Source: Draconibacterium sp. (GTDB lineage Bacteria > Bacteroidota > Bacteroidia > Bacteroidales > Prolixibacteraceae). From it: a DNA stretch of 35,792 nt. Position numbers and translations under genes: made by a program. This document shows, one piece after another, positions 26,099 to 35,792 of the stretch. The DNA is taken from the NCBI GenBank assembly GCA_030595485.1, contig JAUVDE010000001.1, forward strand, positions 1 through 35,792, written 5' to 3'. The notes under the pieces are model-generated. The model did no database searches. It had not been told where the DNA came from and was given only the letters and a program-made list of their open reading frames with translations. How positions within the stretch are numbered: the first letter of the stretch is position 1; each line of letters opens with the position of its first letter.

Positions 26099-27139
26099 TT
26101 AATCTAATCTGATTTCGCCATAGCGACTGCGAACATAAACTTTGCCACCTTCGCCCGAGCCAATTTTACCCTTTACAGTGCGTGTATTGTTTTCTTTAAT
26201 CCGGTCGCCCGAAAATTCGTCTTCAGGATACGAAATTCCACAGTAGTTGCAGCTGGCATCAAGCATATATTCAGCATCATCCAATCCTAGGGAAATTTGA
26301 CCATAGCTGTTTGTAATATGAATCGATTCAAAATCATCGGCAACTTCACCTACTTTTATTCCGCCATAGCCTGCTTCAACTTTTAGGCTTTTCGATAATT
26401 CATCAATTCGTACTTGCGTATACTTTGTGTCAATTGTAAGCGATTCCAACTCTTCGCAGTTGTATTTATCGTAACGCGATGTAGCTTGAATATCGCCACC
26501 TTCTTCAACGTTAATAGTTGAGTATTTCGAGTTAACAGTAAGTTTTTTAATCTCTTCGATGGTAATAGGCGAGTAGCTTACATTTACATCCATAAAAGAA
26601 GCTGTGCCAATGTTTCCATTTCCGTAGGCAAGATTCAAACGAAGTGTGCCTTCTTTTGGCGTACTGAGCTCGTAAGCGGTAATGTTACCATACTTAATTG
26701 TAAAATCTCCGTTTCCGGTAAGTTTAGCAATTACAGTATTACCGTAGCGGTTGCTAATTTTCAAGTTCTTGTCCGAAGGAATATTTACCGTATAATCAAT
26801 ACTCAGGTTATTGTTGCCCTTTAAGCGGCCTTCAATTTCGGTTACGGCTTTAACTGTACTTCCACTTTTTTTGAATTCCACCTCAATTTGGTCAAGCAAA
26901 TCGTTCATTCTTTTCTCGTTCGAGCCTTCAACAGTAACTATCACGTCGATTGTTACTTCGTTGCCTCCTTCATTGTTTACACGCACTTCTCCAAAACGAT
27001 TGTCAATTTCGAGTGAAGACACCGATGCAACCGGCCATTTTTCGTTAAACTCTTTTGTAAATTCCTCGGCAGTTGCCGAAGTTCCCATGCTTAGTAAACT
27101 CACTAAAAATAGGGCGGAAATTAATTTAAATGTTTTCAT
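26099..27139 (-). CDS. Exported DUF4097-like beta-strand repeat protein
   Basis: Signal peptide from the ATG at 27139; repeated N/S-x-Y-G units (DNRFG, SNRYG, IKYG, NSYG, RSRYG). Confidence 0.72.
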   Translation of the reverse strand: MKTFKLISALFLVSLLSMGTSATAEEFTKEFNEKWPVASVSSLEIDNRFGEVRVNNEGGNEVTIDVIVTVEGSNEKRMNDLLDQIEVEFKKSGSTVKAVTEIEGRLKGNNNLSIDYTVNIPSDKNLKISNRYGNTVIAKLTGNGDFTIKYGNITAYELSTPKEGTLRLNLAYGNGNIGTASFMDVNVSYSPITIEEIKKLTVNSKYSTINVEEGGDIQATSRYDKYNCEELESLTIDTKYTQVRIDELSKSLKVEAGYGGIKVGEVADDFESIHITNSYGQISLGLDDAEYMLDASCNYCGISYPEDEFSGDRIKENNTRTVKGKIGSGEGGKVYVRSRYGEIRLD

Positions 27140-27205
27140 TATATTATAGTTTTTAATTTTCAACGGCATGAATTGTATCGTGCATATTTTTATTAGTTAC
27201 CAGAA

Positions 27206-27805
27206 TTAGATGTCTGATACGCTCGATTCAAAATTTATATTTTTTCTTTGTTGTACTTCTTCCAGTTTATCTACAATAATATTTATTACACTCAGTTTGG
27301 CCTGGTAATATTCAAGCATGGCATTAATTACACGCTCGTCATTCGGATTCGTTTGCAGGTCGGTTTGCAGGTTTTTATAAAGTGTTTCAAATTCTACCAA
27401 TTCTTCCTTCATTAAAGTTTGCTCTTCTTCCGAAATGAAACCTTCAGCGTTTAATTTTTCCCATTGCTCTATTCCGGTGTTAATGGCACTTGTATAATAG
27501 AATTCAACCTCTTGGTACTCTGTTGAAAGCGACGCCAAAGTCATTGCCTTATTCGTGTTTTTCGAAGGAATCATTCCTTGGTTATTGGGCGAAAAATAGA
27601 TAAATGCCTGGTTGCTTGCTAACAGAACAAAAACAATGGCAGCAGCTACTTTCCACACTACATTCAAAGTAATTTTTCGTTTCTTTTTATGCTGTTTATT
27701 TAGTTTTTCCTCAAATCGAGCAAAGTGTCCTTCCATGGGTTCGTTGTCGTTCAACTCCTCCATGTTTTGGTGAATAAGGTCGTCTATGTAATCTTTTTCT
27801 TTCAT
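27206..27805 (-). CDS. Probable anti-sigma factor (single TM)
   Basis: N-terminal EPMEGHFARFEEKL, basic stretch, TM WKVAAAIVFVLL, helical periplasmic part; directly downstream of the ECF sigma gene. Confidence 0.7.
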   Translation of the reverse strand: MKEKDYIDDLIHQNMEELNDNEPMEGHFARFEEKLNKQHKKKRKITLNVVWKVAAAIVFVLLASNQAFIYFSPNNQGMIPSKNTNKAMTLASLSTEYQEVEFYYTSAINTGIEQWEKLNAEGFISEEEQTLMKEELVEFETLYKNLQTDLQTNPNDERVINAMLEYYQAKLSVINIIVDKLEEVQQRKNINFESSVSDI

Positions 27806-27812
27806 GTTATTT

Positions 27813-28367
27813 TCAATTATAGGAGAAAATCTCTTTTCCCTTTAACAACTCTCTTAATTTGTTTTTGGCTCTCAATAATTGGGTTCTCGACGATGAGTTC
27901 GAAATGCCTAAAATCTGGCTTATTTCTTCGTGGTCGTAGCCTTCAATAAGGTAAAGGCTCAAAACTACCCGGTAACCGTCGGAGAGATTATGAATGGCAT
28001 CTTTTACCACTTTCGAATCTATTTCCTTTGTTTCCATTTGGTAGTCGGCAACTTGCGCAGTCCGCTCATTTATCACCTCAAATTGTACTTTTCTTTTCTT
28101 TAAATAATCCAATGAACGATTTACCACAATCCGCTTTAACCAAGCACCAAAACTAACTTCGCCTTTGTAAGATTCCATTTTGCTAAGAGCACTTAAAAAG
28201 GCTTCTTGCATTACGTCTTCGGCTTCCATTCCATCGTTAATAATTCGCAGGCATACACTGTACATGGCTTTGTAGTACAACTTGTACAATTGGAACTGAG
28301 CCTTCTGGCTTCCTTCCTTACACTGGTCGATGATCTCCTGATGAATGTTTTTATAAAGCGTATTCAA
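27813..28367 (-). CDS. ECF RNA polymerase sigma-70 factor
   Basis: AEDVMQEAFL, FGAWLKRIVVN, LYLIEGYDHEEIS, RTQLLRAK; start moved from 28472 to the TTG at 28367 because an ECF promoter lies in the longer frame. Confidence 0.93.
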   Translation of the reverse strand: MNTLYKNIHQEIIDQCKEGSQKAQFQLYKLYYKAMYSVCLRIINDGMEAEDVMQEAFLSALSKMESYKGEVSFGAWLKRIVVNRSLDYLKKRKVQFEVINERTAQVADYQMETKEIDSKVVKDAIHNLSDGYRVVLSLYLIEGYDHEEISQILGISNSSSRTQLLRAKNKLRELLKGKEIFSYN

Positions 28368-28389
28368 ACTATCTAATTTCTGATTCAAT

Positions 28390-28415
28390 GACGAACGCAA
28401 TATTTTAATGTTGCA
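28390..28415 (-). promoter_or_regulatory. ECF-type autoregulatory promoter
   Basis: Minus strand TGCAAC (28410-28415)-N16-CGTC (28390-28393). Confidence 0.7.
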
Positions 28416-28517
28416 TGCGTTATGAATAAATTTTGCTTTTGTGAATAAAAGTACGGAAATTAAGACGGGCAATTGTGTGTATTGAAATGTTGTAGGAGAA
28501 TAATTTTAAGTCTTAAC

Positions 28518-29213
28518 TTACAGTGAGTTATAATATTGAACCAATTGCTGAAGGCTTTTTTCCTTATTGATTTTTATCTTATTCTTTTTTATAAAATCAG
28601 CAACTTCTTTCTGGTGGTCAGGGAAAATTGAAATAAGCTCCTTTTTATTCGTAAACTTTGTCGCGGCTTCTTTTCCAACTCTGATGAAGTAGCCATCAGG
28701 TCTTTCCATAAATTTGGCAGGCTCTGCATCTTTGTACGCCCCAGCTTCCTGGGGTTTCTGATACATTATTTCGGGTTGTGCATATAACGAAACAGTACCT
28801 TCTTCAATAAGCTTTAAAAATCCATTTTTTATTTTCTTTGATAATATAAAAGGCACATAGCTCAAAACAAAGTTGCCAAATATTGCTTTTTCAACAATCT
28901 CAGGTGCCGCCAAAGCCAGTATCTGGTCTTCGGGTGTTTTGAACTCTAAATTGCCGTTGTAAATATTATAGCGTAAGGGTATGTCGTTAAACTGCATTCG
29001 TTGATAGGTATAAATAGAACCCGTTATAAATTCGTCGTTTAAAAACGGTGAACCTTCAATGTCACTCTCCGAAAGTGTTTGCATCCAATCGCCGGTTTGC
29101 ATTTTATGCGCTTTGAAAAAATCTAAAGTCTCGGCCAACTGATAACTGCTTTGTGCAGATGAATACAAGTTTGAAAAAAGAATACAAATGGAAGCAAGGA
29201 TTAGTTTTCTCAT
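28518..29213 (-). CDS. Exported hypothetical protein
   Basis: Signal peptide from the ATG at 29213 (MRKLILAS...SA-Q); IEGSPFL; C-terminal FIKKNKIK...LVQYYN. Confidence 0.75.
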   Translation of the reverse strand: MRKLILASICILFSNLYSSAQSSYQLAETLDFFKAHKMQTGDWMQTLSESDIEGSPFLNDEFITGSIYTYQRMQFNDIPLRYNIYNGNLEFKTPEDQILALAAPEIVEKAIFGNFVLSYVPFILSKKIKNGFLKLIEEGTVSLYAQPEIMYQKPQEAGAYKDAEPAKFMERPDGYFIRVGKEAATKFTNKKELISIFPDHQKEVADFIKKNKIKINKEKSLQQLVQYYNSL

Positions 29214-29261
29214 GTCTATCGTTTTTATCTTAAATTTTTGTGCGTACAAAGTTTGAGCCAG

Positions 29262-29954
29262 TTATTCTTGAAGGGCAAAGTCCACAATGGCCTCTACATG
29301 AATTTCAAGTGTGCTAAATAGTGGCAAATCAAAATCGTTTTGTTTAATCAGAAGCGGAATTTCAGTACAGCCTAAAATCATTCCTTCAGCACCCTGTTCT
29401 TTTAATTTGTTCATTATTGAAATAAAGCCCATTTTTGTTTCCTCATTAAAATTGTCTTTCAATAATTCATGCATTATTGAATAATGAATAAATTCTCGTT
29501 CTGGTTTATCGGGTGTAATAACTTCAATACCCAATTTGTGGAGTCGTTTTTTGTAAAAATCTAATTCCATGGTTTCGCGGGTTCCTAGCAAGCCCACTTT
29601 TTTCAATCCTTTTGTTTTTATTGCCAAACCAGTTGCATCGGCAATGTGTATAATCGGAAGTTGAAATTCCTTTTGCAACTTATCATAGGTAAAATGAATG
29701 GTGTTGGCACAAAGCGCCATAAAATCAACCTTTGCATTGTTCAAAGTTTCGGCTCCTGTTTTTATAATCTGATAAACACCCTCGCGGTCCTCGTTTTGGT
29801 TACAGGCATAAATTTCGCTGTAGTTTATCGAGTACAAAATAATACGTGGAAACTGAAGGCCACCAAGCTTTTTATTTACCCGTTCGTTTATTTGCTTATA
29901 ATACTCTTGTGTTGAAATCCAGCCTGTTCCGCCAATTAATCCAATCGTTTTCAT
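29262..29954 (-). CDS. Aspartate/glutamate racemase family protein (YgeA/RacX-like)
   Basis: MKTIGLIGG, LCANTIH, IIHIAD, GLLGT, ILGCTEIP. Confidence 0.9.
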   Translation of the reverse strand: MKTIGLIGGTGWISTQEYYKQINERVNKKLGGLQFPRIILYSINYSEIYACNQNEDREGVYQIIKTGAETLNNAKVDFMALCANTIHFTYDKLQKEFQLPIIHIADATGLAIKTKGLKKVGLLGTRETMELDFYKKRLHKLGIEVITPDKPEREFIHYSIMHELLKDNFNEETKMGFISIMNKLKEQGAEGMILGCTEIPLLIKQNDFDLPLFSTLEIHVEAIVDFALQE

Positions 29955-30039
29955 TTCATTTCGTTGTATGAAAACAAAAGTCGTAAATTAATTCAGATAG
30001 CTAAAATTTATATTCGTAATTTTGCCGCAAATTATATTT

Positions 30040-32016
30040 ATGCAAAAGCCGGAACTTCTTCTTCCCGTTGGAAATCCTGAATCGTTTTATGCCGCTCTTA
30101 AAGGGGGTGCCGATGCCATTTATTTGGGTTTGAAACAATTTAATGCCCGTGGACGTGCTAAAAATTTTACCAACGGACAACTTTCTACAATTTTAAAGGA
30201 GGCAAAAAAGAATAAGGTTTTGGTTTACATAACGCTAAATACAGTTATTAAGAACCACGAAATTCCTGAGCTTATCGATTATTTGCATTTTTTGCAACAA
30301 GCAAAAGTTGATGGAGTAATTATCCAGGACTGGGGTGTGTTTTATATAGCCAAAACCTATTTCCCAAATCTGGTTTTGCATGCCAGCACGCAAATGGGAA
30401 TTCATAATTCCTTGGGTGCAAACTATGGCGGTAAAAATGGCATGGAACGCGTGGTTTTAGCACGTGAATTAACCTTGCGTGAACTTCAAAAAATTTGTAA
30501 GAATAGCACAGTTGAAACGGAGGTCTTTATTCATGGCGCACTTTGTTACTCTTTTTCTGGAATGTGCTTATACAGCAGTTATGCAGGTGGGAGAGGAGCC
30601 AATCGTGGCCTTTGTACACAACCTTGCCGACGAACGTACTCGTCTTCAAAAAAAGACCAATATCTTTTTAATTTAAAAGATAATCAGCTACTTGATTTGG
30701 TGGATGAGTTTGAAAAAATGGGCGTCACAAGCTTGAAAATAGAAGGCCGCATGAAATCGGGTGAGTACACTTACCGTGTTGCACAAGCCTACCGTATGTC
30801 TTTAGATGATAAAAGTTCAACGGAACAAGCCAAAGAACTTTTGTCGATGGATTTTGGTCGTGAAAAGACAGCCTATTTTATGGGCAAAGATATTAGAATG
30901 GCTGTTTCGAATAAAACGGTTGCGGGTGTCGCACTTGGGAGAGTGGCAAGTATTCAAGGGCCATATGTTTTATTGTCATCGAAAATGAAAATTGAGCCTG
31001 GCTTCCGTTTGCGTTTTCATATTCCGAATTCTGAAAAACAAGAATCGGTTAAAGTACGCGAAGTAAGTTTTGAAAACGGTTTGTATAAAATACATACCGG
31101 AGGAAAGCAGGTGAAAGCGAAAAGCGAAGTTTACCTTTCAGGAATTAACGATGTTAAGTTTCCGTCGAAGCTTGACGAAAATCGTGAGAGACAATCTCAA
31201 ATTAACCACGGTTTTAAACGGAAGATTATTAATGAATTAAAGGCTAAACCGGTTTCGAAAAGGGAAGAATATTATTTCAGAATTAATTCAATGGAATGGC
31301 TACGCAAAATTAATTTTAACGAGCTGGACGGGCTTTTTCTTTCTTTTTCTAAAATTACCTGGAGTCGATTTAATCCTGATGTTCCTTTTATTCAGAAGTT
31401 CAAAGACAAAGTTTATGTGGAACTCCCCAAATTTATTCAGGAAGATGCACTGCCGTTTTATCGCGACTTAGTAGCTAAAATGGTGAAAAGTGGTATTCGT
31501 AATTTTGTAATTAGTCACTTGTCGCAGAAGGAATTAATTCCTTCCAATTGTAAAATAATTACCAACGAAAATGTGTACGTTTTTAACGATGCAGCTGCTA
31601 AATGTTTTAATAACGAAGGCGTTGCCATGTTTAGCTATCCACAAGAAATAGATTTTGAAACGTTATTTTCCTTATCAGATAAGAGTGGTATTGTTCCGGT
31701 ATATTTTCACCCTGAGCTTTTTTACTCTCGCATGCCCATTGCAATGACATCTGAAAATGATGATTTAACGGATGATATGAATTTGCGTTTACATCGGTAC
31801 CGACGAAATGGAATTACTTCAATTGTTCCAACAACGCCGGTATCTATTTCGCAGTCGAGGACAAAACTTAATAAACAAGGTTTCTTTCGTTACTTAATTG
31901 ATTTGAGTTACGAACCTGTTTCGAAAAACAGAGCTAAAACCATAACGAACCGCATTCGAAAAGCAGAACAAATTCAACCATCAAATACTTTCAATTTTAA
32001 TAAGGGCTTGAAGTAG
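30040..32016 (+). CDS. Peptidase U32-family Fe-S protein, long form (RlhA-like RNA hydroxylase)
   Basis: PELLLPVG, GADAIYLG, HASTQ, LAREL, HGALC...GMC...RGLCTQPCR, SLKIEGR; ATG at 30040 lies behind TAATTTTG at 30017-30024. Confidence 0.88.
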   Translation: MQKPELLLPVGNPESFYAALKGGADAIYLGLKQFNARGRAKNFTNGQLSTILKEAKKNKVLVYITLNTVIKNHEIPELIDYLHFLQQAKVDGVIIQDWGVFYIAKTYFPNLVLHASTQMGIHNSLGANYGGKNGMERVVLARELTLRELQKICKNSTVETEVFIHGALCYSFSGMCLYSSYAGGRGANRGLCTQPCRRTYSSSKKDQYLFNLKDNQLLDLVDEFEKMGVTSLKIEGRMKSGEYTYRVAQAYRMSLDDKSSTEQAKELLSMDFGREKTAYFMGKDIRMAVSNKTVAGVALGRVASIQGPYVLLSSKMKIEPGFRLRFHIPNSEKQESVKVREVSFENGLYKIHTGGKQVKAKSEVYLSGINDVKFPSKLDENRERQSQINHGFKRKIINELKAKPVSKREEYYFRINSMEWLRKINFNELDGLFLSFSKITWSRFNPDVPFIQKFKDKVYVELPKFIQEDALPFYRDLVAKMVKSGIRNFVISHLSQKELIPSNCKIITNENVYVFNDAAAKCFNNEGVAMFSYPQEIDFETLFSLSDKSGIVPVYFHPELFYSRMPIAMTSENDDLTDDMNLRLHRYRRNGITSIVPTTPVSISQSRTKLNKQGFFRYLIDLSYEPVSKNRAKTITNRIRKAEQIQPSNTFNFNKGLK

Positions 32017-32064
32017 GAAGAAAGTTTGCAGTAATCAGTCTCAGTGTTCCGATTTTGTAAGCAC

Positions 32065-32098
32065 AAAAAAAGACAAGCCCGAAACCGAACTTGTCTTT
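32065..32098. terminator. Intrinsic terminator downstream of rho (possibly bidirectional)
   Basis: AAAAAAAGACAAG...CTTGTCTTT; U7 tail on the minus strand. Confidence 0.75.
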
Positions 32099-32120
32099 CA
32101 TATATTATTTTCAACTATTT

Positions 32121-33959
32121 TTATCCGTCGTTCATTGATGCAAGGAACTCTTCAGTGTTTTTTGCACGCATGAGTCGTGTTTTAATGAATTCCATTGCTT
32201 CCAGCGAATTCATATCGCCCAGGTAGTTGCGTAAAATCCATAATTTATCCAAAACTTCTTTTCTAAATAATAAATCTTCGCGACGTGTACTTGACGTTGG
32301 AATATCCACGGCAGGGAAAATACGTTTGTTCGAAAGTTTCCTGTCGAGTTGTAATTCCATGTTACCGGTCCCTTTAAATTCTTCGAAAATTACTTCATCC
32401 ATTTTCGAACCGGTTTCTGTTAGGGCAGTTGCAAGAATGGTTAAAGAACCACCATCTTCGATGTTACGTGCAGCACCAAAGAAACGTTTTGGTTTGTGCA
32501 ATGCGTTAGCGTCGACACCACCCGAAAGTACTTTACCCGATGGAGGTTGAACCGTATTGTATGCACGTGCCAAACGTGTAATCGAGTCGAGCAGAATAAC
32601 CACATCGTGACCACATTCTGTAAGCCTTTTAGCTTTCTCTAAAACAATATTTGCAATTCGTACATGTTTGTCGGCTGGCTCGTCGAAAGTTGACGAAATA
32701 ACCTCGGCATTTACGCTGCGTGCCATGTCTGTAACTTCTTCCGGACGTTCGTCGATAAGAAGAACAATCATATAAACTTCGGGATGATTAGCTGCAATTG
32801 CATTTGCAATTTCTTTTAAAAGAACAGTTTTACCTGTTTTAGGCTGAGCAACAATCAATCCACGTTGACCTTTTCCTATTGGCGCAAACAAGTCCACTAC
32901 ACGTGTTGAAATACTGTCCTGACCATTTCCAATTAACGTGAACTTTTCATCAGGGAAAAGAGGTACTAAATGTTCGAAAGGAACACGGTCGCGAATGTAT
33001 TCAGGACTGCGTCCGTTAATCTCGTTTACTTTTATGAGCGGGAAATATTTTTCACCTTCTTTTGGTGGACGAACAGTACCTGTAACAGTATCACCCGTTT
33101 TTAAACCGAACAATTTAATTTGCGACTGCGAAACATAAATATCGTCAGGCGAATTCAGGTAGTTGAAATCCGATGAGCGAAGGAAACCATATCCATCCTG
33201 CAGAATTTCCAAAACACCTGTGTTGGAAATAATACCTTCAAATTCGAAATTGCGTTGTTTCTGACGGTTGTTATTGTTCTGATTCGCTTGTCTTTGCTGG
33301 CCTTCGTTTCTTTTTGGTTCAGGCTTTTGCTGTCCGTCATTTCGTTTAGTATCCGCTTTTTGTGTTGGCTGTTCGCCTTGCGGTTCAGCTTGTGGCTGTG
33401 CTTGCTGTCTCTGCTGTTGCTGAGCTTGCTTAATCGGTTTGAATTGCGAAACTTTTTTCTCCTCTTTTTTAACCGGAGGAGTTGCTGCAGCCGGCGTTTG
33501 ATCAGCCTCTTTCTTAACCTCTTCACCTTCCGGTTTTTCGCGGTTAAAGCCTTTAATAATTGATTTTATTTGATCTTGACGCGATTGAACACCGTCAGCC
33601 TTTTTATCGCCTTGTTTTTGTGGAGGTTGTTTTTTGCGTGGTCCGGCGCCAACTTTCTCACGCTTAATAGTTTCTACCCTCTGGCGAGGACGTTTCTGGC
33701 GTCGAGGTTCTTCTTTTTCAACTTCCTCTTTTTTGGTCGTTTTTTTAATTAAACCAAGCAATCCTCCTTTTTCTTCTTTTTTCTCTTTAGGAGCATACTT
33801 ACGTTCCTTCTTTTCGGCTTCTAAAATAGCCTGTGTATCTAAAATCTTATAAATTAAATCTTGTTTTTTGTAAGATTCAACTCGTTTGATCTTAAGCTCC
33901 TTAGCAATGTCCTTTAACTCAGGAACGAGCTTTTTATTCAATTCTAAAATATCGTACAT
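32121..33959 (-). CDS. rho: Transcription termination factor Rho with a long low-complexity insert
   Basis: [68 protein letters not shown]. Confidence 0.98.
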   Translation of the reverse strand: MYDILELNKKLVPELKDIAKELKIKRVESYKKQDLIYKILDTQAILEAEKKERKYAPKEKKEEKGGLLGLIKKTTKKEEVEKEEPRRQKRPRQRVETIKREKVGAGPRKKQPPQKQGDKKADGVQSRQDQIKSIIKGFNREKPEGEEVKKEADQTPAAATPPVKKEEKKVSQFKPIKQAQQQQRQQAQPQAEPQGEQPTQKADTKRNDGQQKPEPKRNEGQQRQANQNNNNRQKQRNFEFEGIISNTGVLEILQDGYGFLRSSDFNYLNSPDDIYVSQSQIKLFGLKTGDTVTGTVRPPKEGEKYFPLIKVNEINGRSPEYIRDRVPFEHLVPLFPDEKFTLIGNGQDSISTRVVDLFAPIGKGQRGLIVAQPKTGKTVLLKEIANAIAANHPEVYMIVLLIDERPEEVTDMARSVNAEVISSTFDEPADKHVRIANIVLEKAKRLTECGHDVVILLDSITRLARAYNTVQPPSGKVLSGGVDANALHKPKRFFGAARNIEDGGSLTILATALTETGSKMDEVIFEEFKGTGNMELQLDRKLSNKRIFPAVDIPTSSTRREDLLFRKEVLDKLWILRNYLGDMNSLEAMEFIKTRLMRAKNTEEFLASMNDG

Positions 33960-34050
33960 TATGGTATTGTTATAACTTTTACTCGATTAATAATTGTTGA
34001 ATTTTTTTTGGAACAATTGACGAGGGGAATGATTTCGTTGAAATCGGTTG

Positions 34051-34058
34051 CAAGTATA
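34051..34058 (-). promoter_or_regulatory. Probable rho promoter (-7 element variant)
   Basis: Minus strand TATACTTG(C), one mismatch to TAnnTTTG, about 90 nt upstream of the ATG. Confidence 0.5.
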
Positions 34059-34267
34059 AATAATTACTGTGTTCTAAACAAGAATCCTGCTCTCTTTTTT
34101 CCTTATTCCCCTTAATACTTACTAATTTAGTGTTTTGCTCCCTTATTACAAAATTTATTTATTAGCTTTTTGATTTCAAATGACTTAGGATTGTTTATCT
34201 GTTAGAAGATATACGTTTGAAACGCTGAAAAGTTTAAATTGGTGTTCCCATTGTTGTTAAAAAAGCT

Positions 34268-35792
34268 TTAAAAGCGAATGTTGTATTTAAGTTTAAGGCG
34301 AAGTGCGCTGGCATCCATAAAGTAATTATTCTCTTTTTCTAGAAAATTAGTAGTCCATACCAGTATAATCTCATTACCCGGTTTTAAAATCCATTGAAAG
34401 CGAGATTGCCAGCATATACTATTACTGGCATTATCGTATTGAAAGTAATTGTAAAGTGTAAGGGTTGGACTAAACAATATATTTGCATTCATTTGGTAAA
34501 TGTTGGCTGTAAATTCACCATCGGGTAGCTTCACGTTGCTCTGGTGAAATTTTCCGCCAAGAAAAAAGGGAACTGCAACTTTCCAATTCACTTCTAAATC
34601 GATATCCTTGCGGTAACCCGTGAAAAAATCACCAAAACCGTAACTGGCTTCGCCCCAAACATTTCTTGCACCTTTTGTTTCTACTGAAACCTGTTGAAAC
34701 CACCATTCATATTCACCAGCCGGAATAACATAGTCATCATAAATGTTAAAATCTTCACTTAGCATTTCGTACTGATTGCTTACCGAATAATTAAGGTCTT
34801 CGCCCGACATAAAACGAATTCCCAGCGGCGTTAATTTTATTTCGCGTGTCTCCAATTCACTCGTTTCCAGATTTGATACAAAATCGAAATCGCCTCCAAA
34901 TTCAAGCTGCAAAATTCCCCATTTATTTGGTCGCGGTCCAAATTCTAATTCTCCGTAGGTTTCTTTAATATTGGTTCGTGGAACAAATCCCATTCCGGCA
35001 ATAAAATTTTCGCCAATTTGATGGTAGCCAAGTCGTGCACTAATTAAGTCGTTAGGGTAAACCGCCTGGATCCCCCACGAACTATTGTCGCCTTCAATAT
35101 CTTTTGTATTTGATTTCATCCCAAATAAAAAGAAGGATATATTTTTATCTTCTTGAAATGTAGATGTGGCCAATTTCAGGTCGGCGCCTGCAACGTAATT
35201 CTCATCGCCACCGAGTGCATTGCCATAAGTGCTGATAATGCCAACCGACGACTGTGCTCCAAGGTTTCGGGTTACACGAGCCACGGTAAAGTTATTGTCT
35301 CCAAGGTCGCGATCGTCGTTAATATACATCATTCCAATGTTCCAATCGTCAACCTGTCCTATTAATTTAGCTCCAACATTTATTCGAATAGGATTTCCGT
35401 TTTCATCTAAACCCATACGACGCGAGAAAAAAGGTATAATTTTTTTTGCGGCTTCACTACGGCTATCTCCTTCAATTCCAAACTGAAAATAGTTGGCACC
35501 ATCTAAAAAAAAATCACGTTTTTCGGGGTAGTGCAAACTAAAACGGGTGAGGTTAATCTGACGGTCGTCTACCTCGGTTTCAGCAAAATCGGTGTTTATA
35601 CTTAATGACGATTTTAGGCTGGGTGTAATCTGGTAAAACATATCCAAACCCCCGGTTAGTTTTCCTTTGTTATCTTCGCCGTTTTTTGTGTCGAGTCCGG
35701 TTAAAAGATAAGGCGAAATATCCAATCCAATTCCTTGTGTAATATCCTCAATTCCTTCTAATTTCCCAGCGTCGGAAACCTGAAATTTATGT
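34268..35792 (-). CDS. DUF5916-like outer-membrane beta-barrel protein, 5' end outside the window
   Basis: NTDFAETEVDDRQINLTRFSLHYPEKRDFFL, FFSRRMG, C-terminal YNIRF; the frame stays open to the window edge (HKFQVSDAGKLEG...), so the track start at 35725 is probably internal. Confidence 0.8.
   Translation of the reverse strand, partial: HKFQVSDAGKLEGIEDITQGIGLDISPYLLTGLDTKNGEDNKGKLTGGLDMFYQITPSLKSSLSINTDFAETEVDDRQINLTRFSLHYPEKRDFFLDGANYFQFGIEGDSRSEAAKKIIPFFSRRMGLDENGNPIRINVGAKLIGQVDDWNIGMMYINDDRDLGDNNFTVARVTRNLGAQSSVGIISTYGNALGGDENYVAGADLKLATSTFQEDKNISFFLFGMKSNTKDIEGDNSSWGIQAVYPNDLISARLGYHQIGENFIAGMGFVPRTNIKETYGELEFGPRPNKWGILQLEFGGDFDFVSNLETSELETREIKLTPLGIRFMSGEDLNYSVSNQYEMLSEDFNIYDDYVIPAGEYEWWFQQVSVETKGARNVWGEASYGFGDFFTGYRKDIDLEVNWKVAVPFFLGGKFHQSNVKLPDGEFTANIYQMNANILFSPTLTLYNYFQYDNASNSICWQSRFQWILKPGNEIILVWTTNFLEKENNYFMDASALRLKLKYNIRF

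Noticed and set aside
28368-28472. 35-aa N-terminal extension of the second ECF sigma
   Set aside because: The region contains the ECF promoter and does not look like a sigma domain; likely an ORF-calling artefact
32027-32046. Short CAGT-periodic repeats (similar traces near 10501-10517 and 17571-17587)
   Set aside because: Only 2-3 degenerate units; not an array, CRISPR or mobile-element end
965-35486. Many 60-134 aa alternative-frame or antisense ORFs in the track (e.g. 4192-4596, 26811-27149, 33155-33526, 33255-33563)
   Set aside because: Almost all lie within well-supported genes and show no recognisable motifs; those over rho reflect low-complexity codons
1-35792. Mobile element, prophage, CRISPR, tRNA or rRNA
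   Set aside because: No transposase, integrase, phage gene, repeat-spacer array or cloverleaf seen, and no obvious compositional break by eye

Overview
AT-rich chromosomal window from a Bacteroidota bacterium. The evidence is TAnnTTTG sigma-70 promoter elements, a T9SS C-terminal-domain protease, a PD40-OmpA protein and a Rho with a long N-terminal insert; a Prolixibacteraceae/Marinilabiliales-like origin is my inference. It holds about 32 mostly housekeeping or envelope CDSs: two ECF sigma/anti-sigma modules, an amt flanked by two Lrp/AsnC paralogs, rlmB, an ABC-F ATPase, rlmD, a DEAD helicase, a U32 protein, rho, two MscS channels, two secreted proteases and a metal permease-HMA fusion. I see no mobile element, CRISPR array, tRNA or rRNA. 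The most interesting signal is non-coding: a roughly 165-nt promoter-to-terminator unit upstream of the ABC-F/rlmB operon carrying two paralogous mini-ORFs (MVGFIFNK, MIGFVFRGL) and switchable pairing. Other signals are twin identical divergent ECF promoters (TGTAACC-N15-CGTCAAAAG), a free-standing archaeal-type ThrRS editing domain behind two c-type haem proteins, a COG4337-like metal-free carbonic anhydrase, and a possible internal start releasing a CopZ-like chaperone. All family calls come from motif recognition by eye; no database searches were run.
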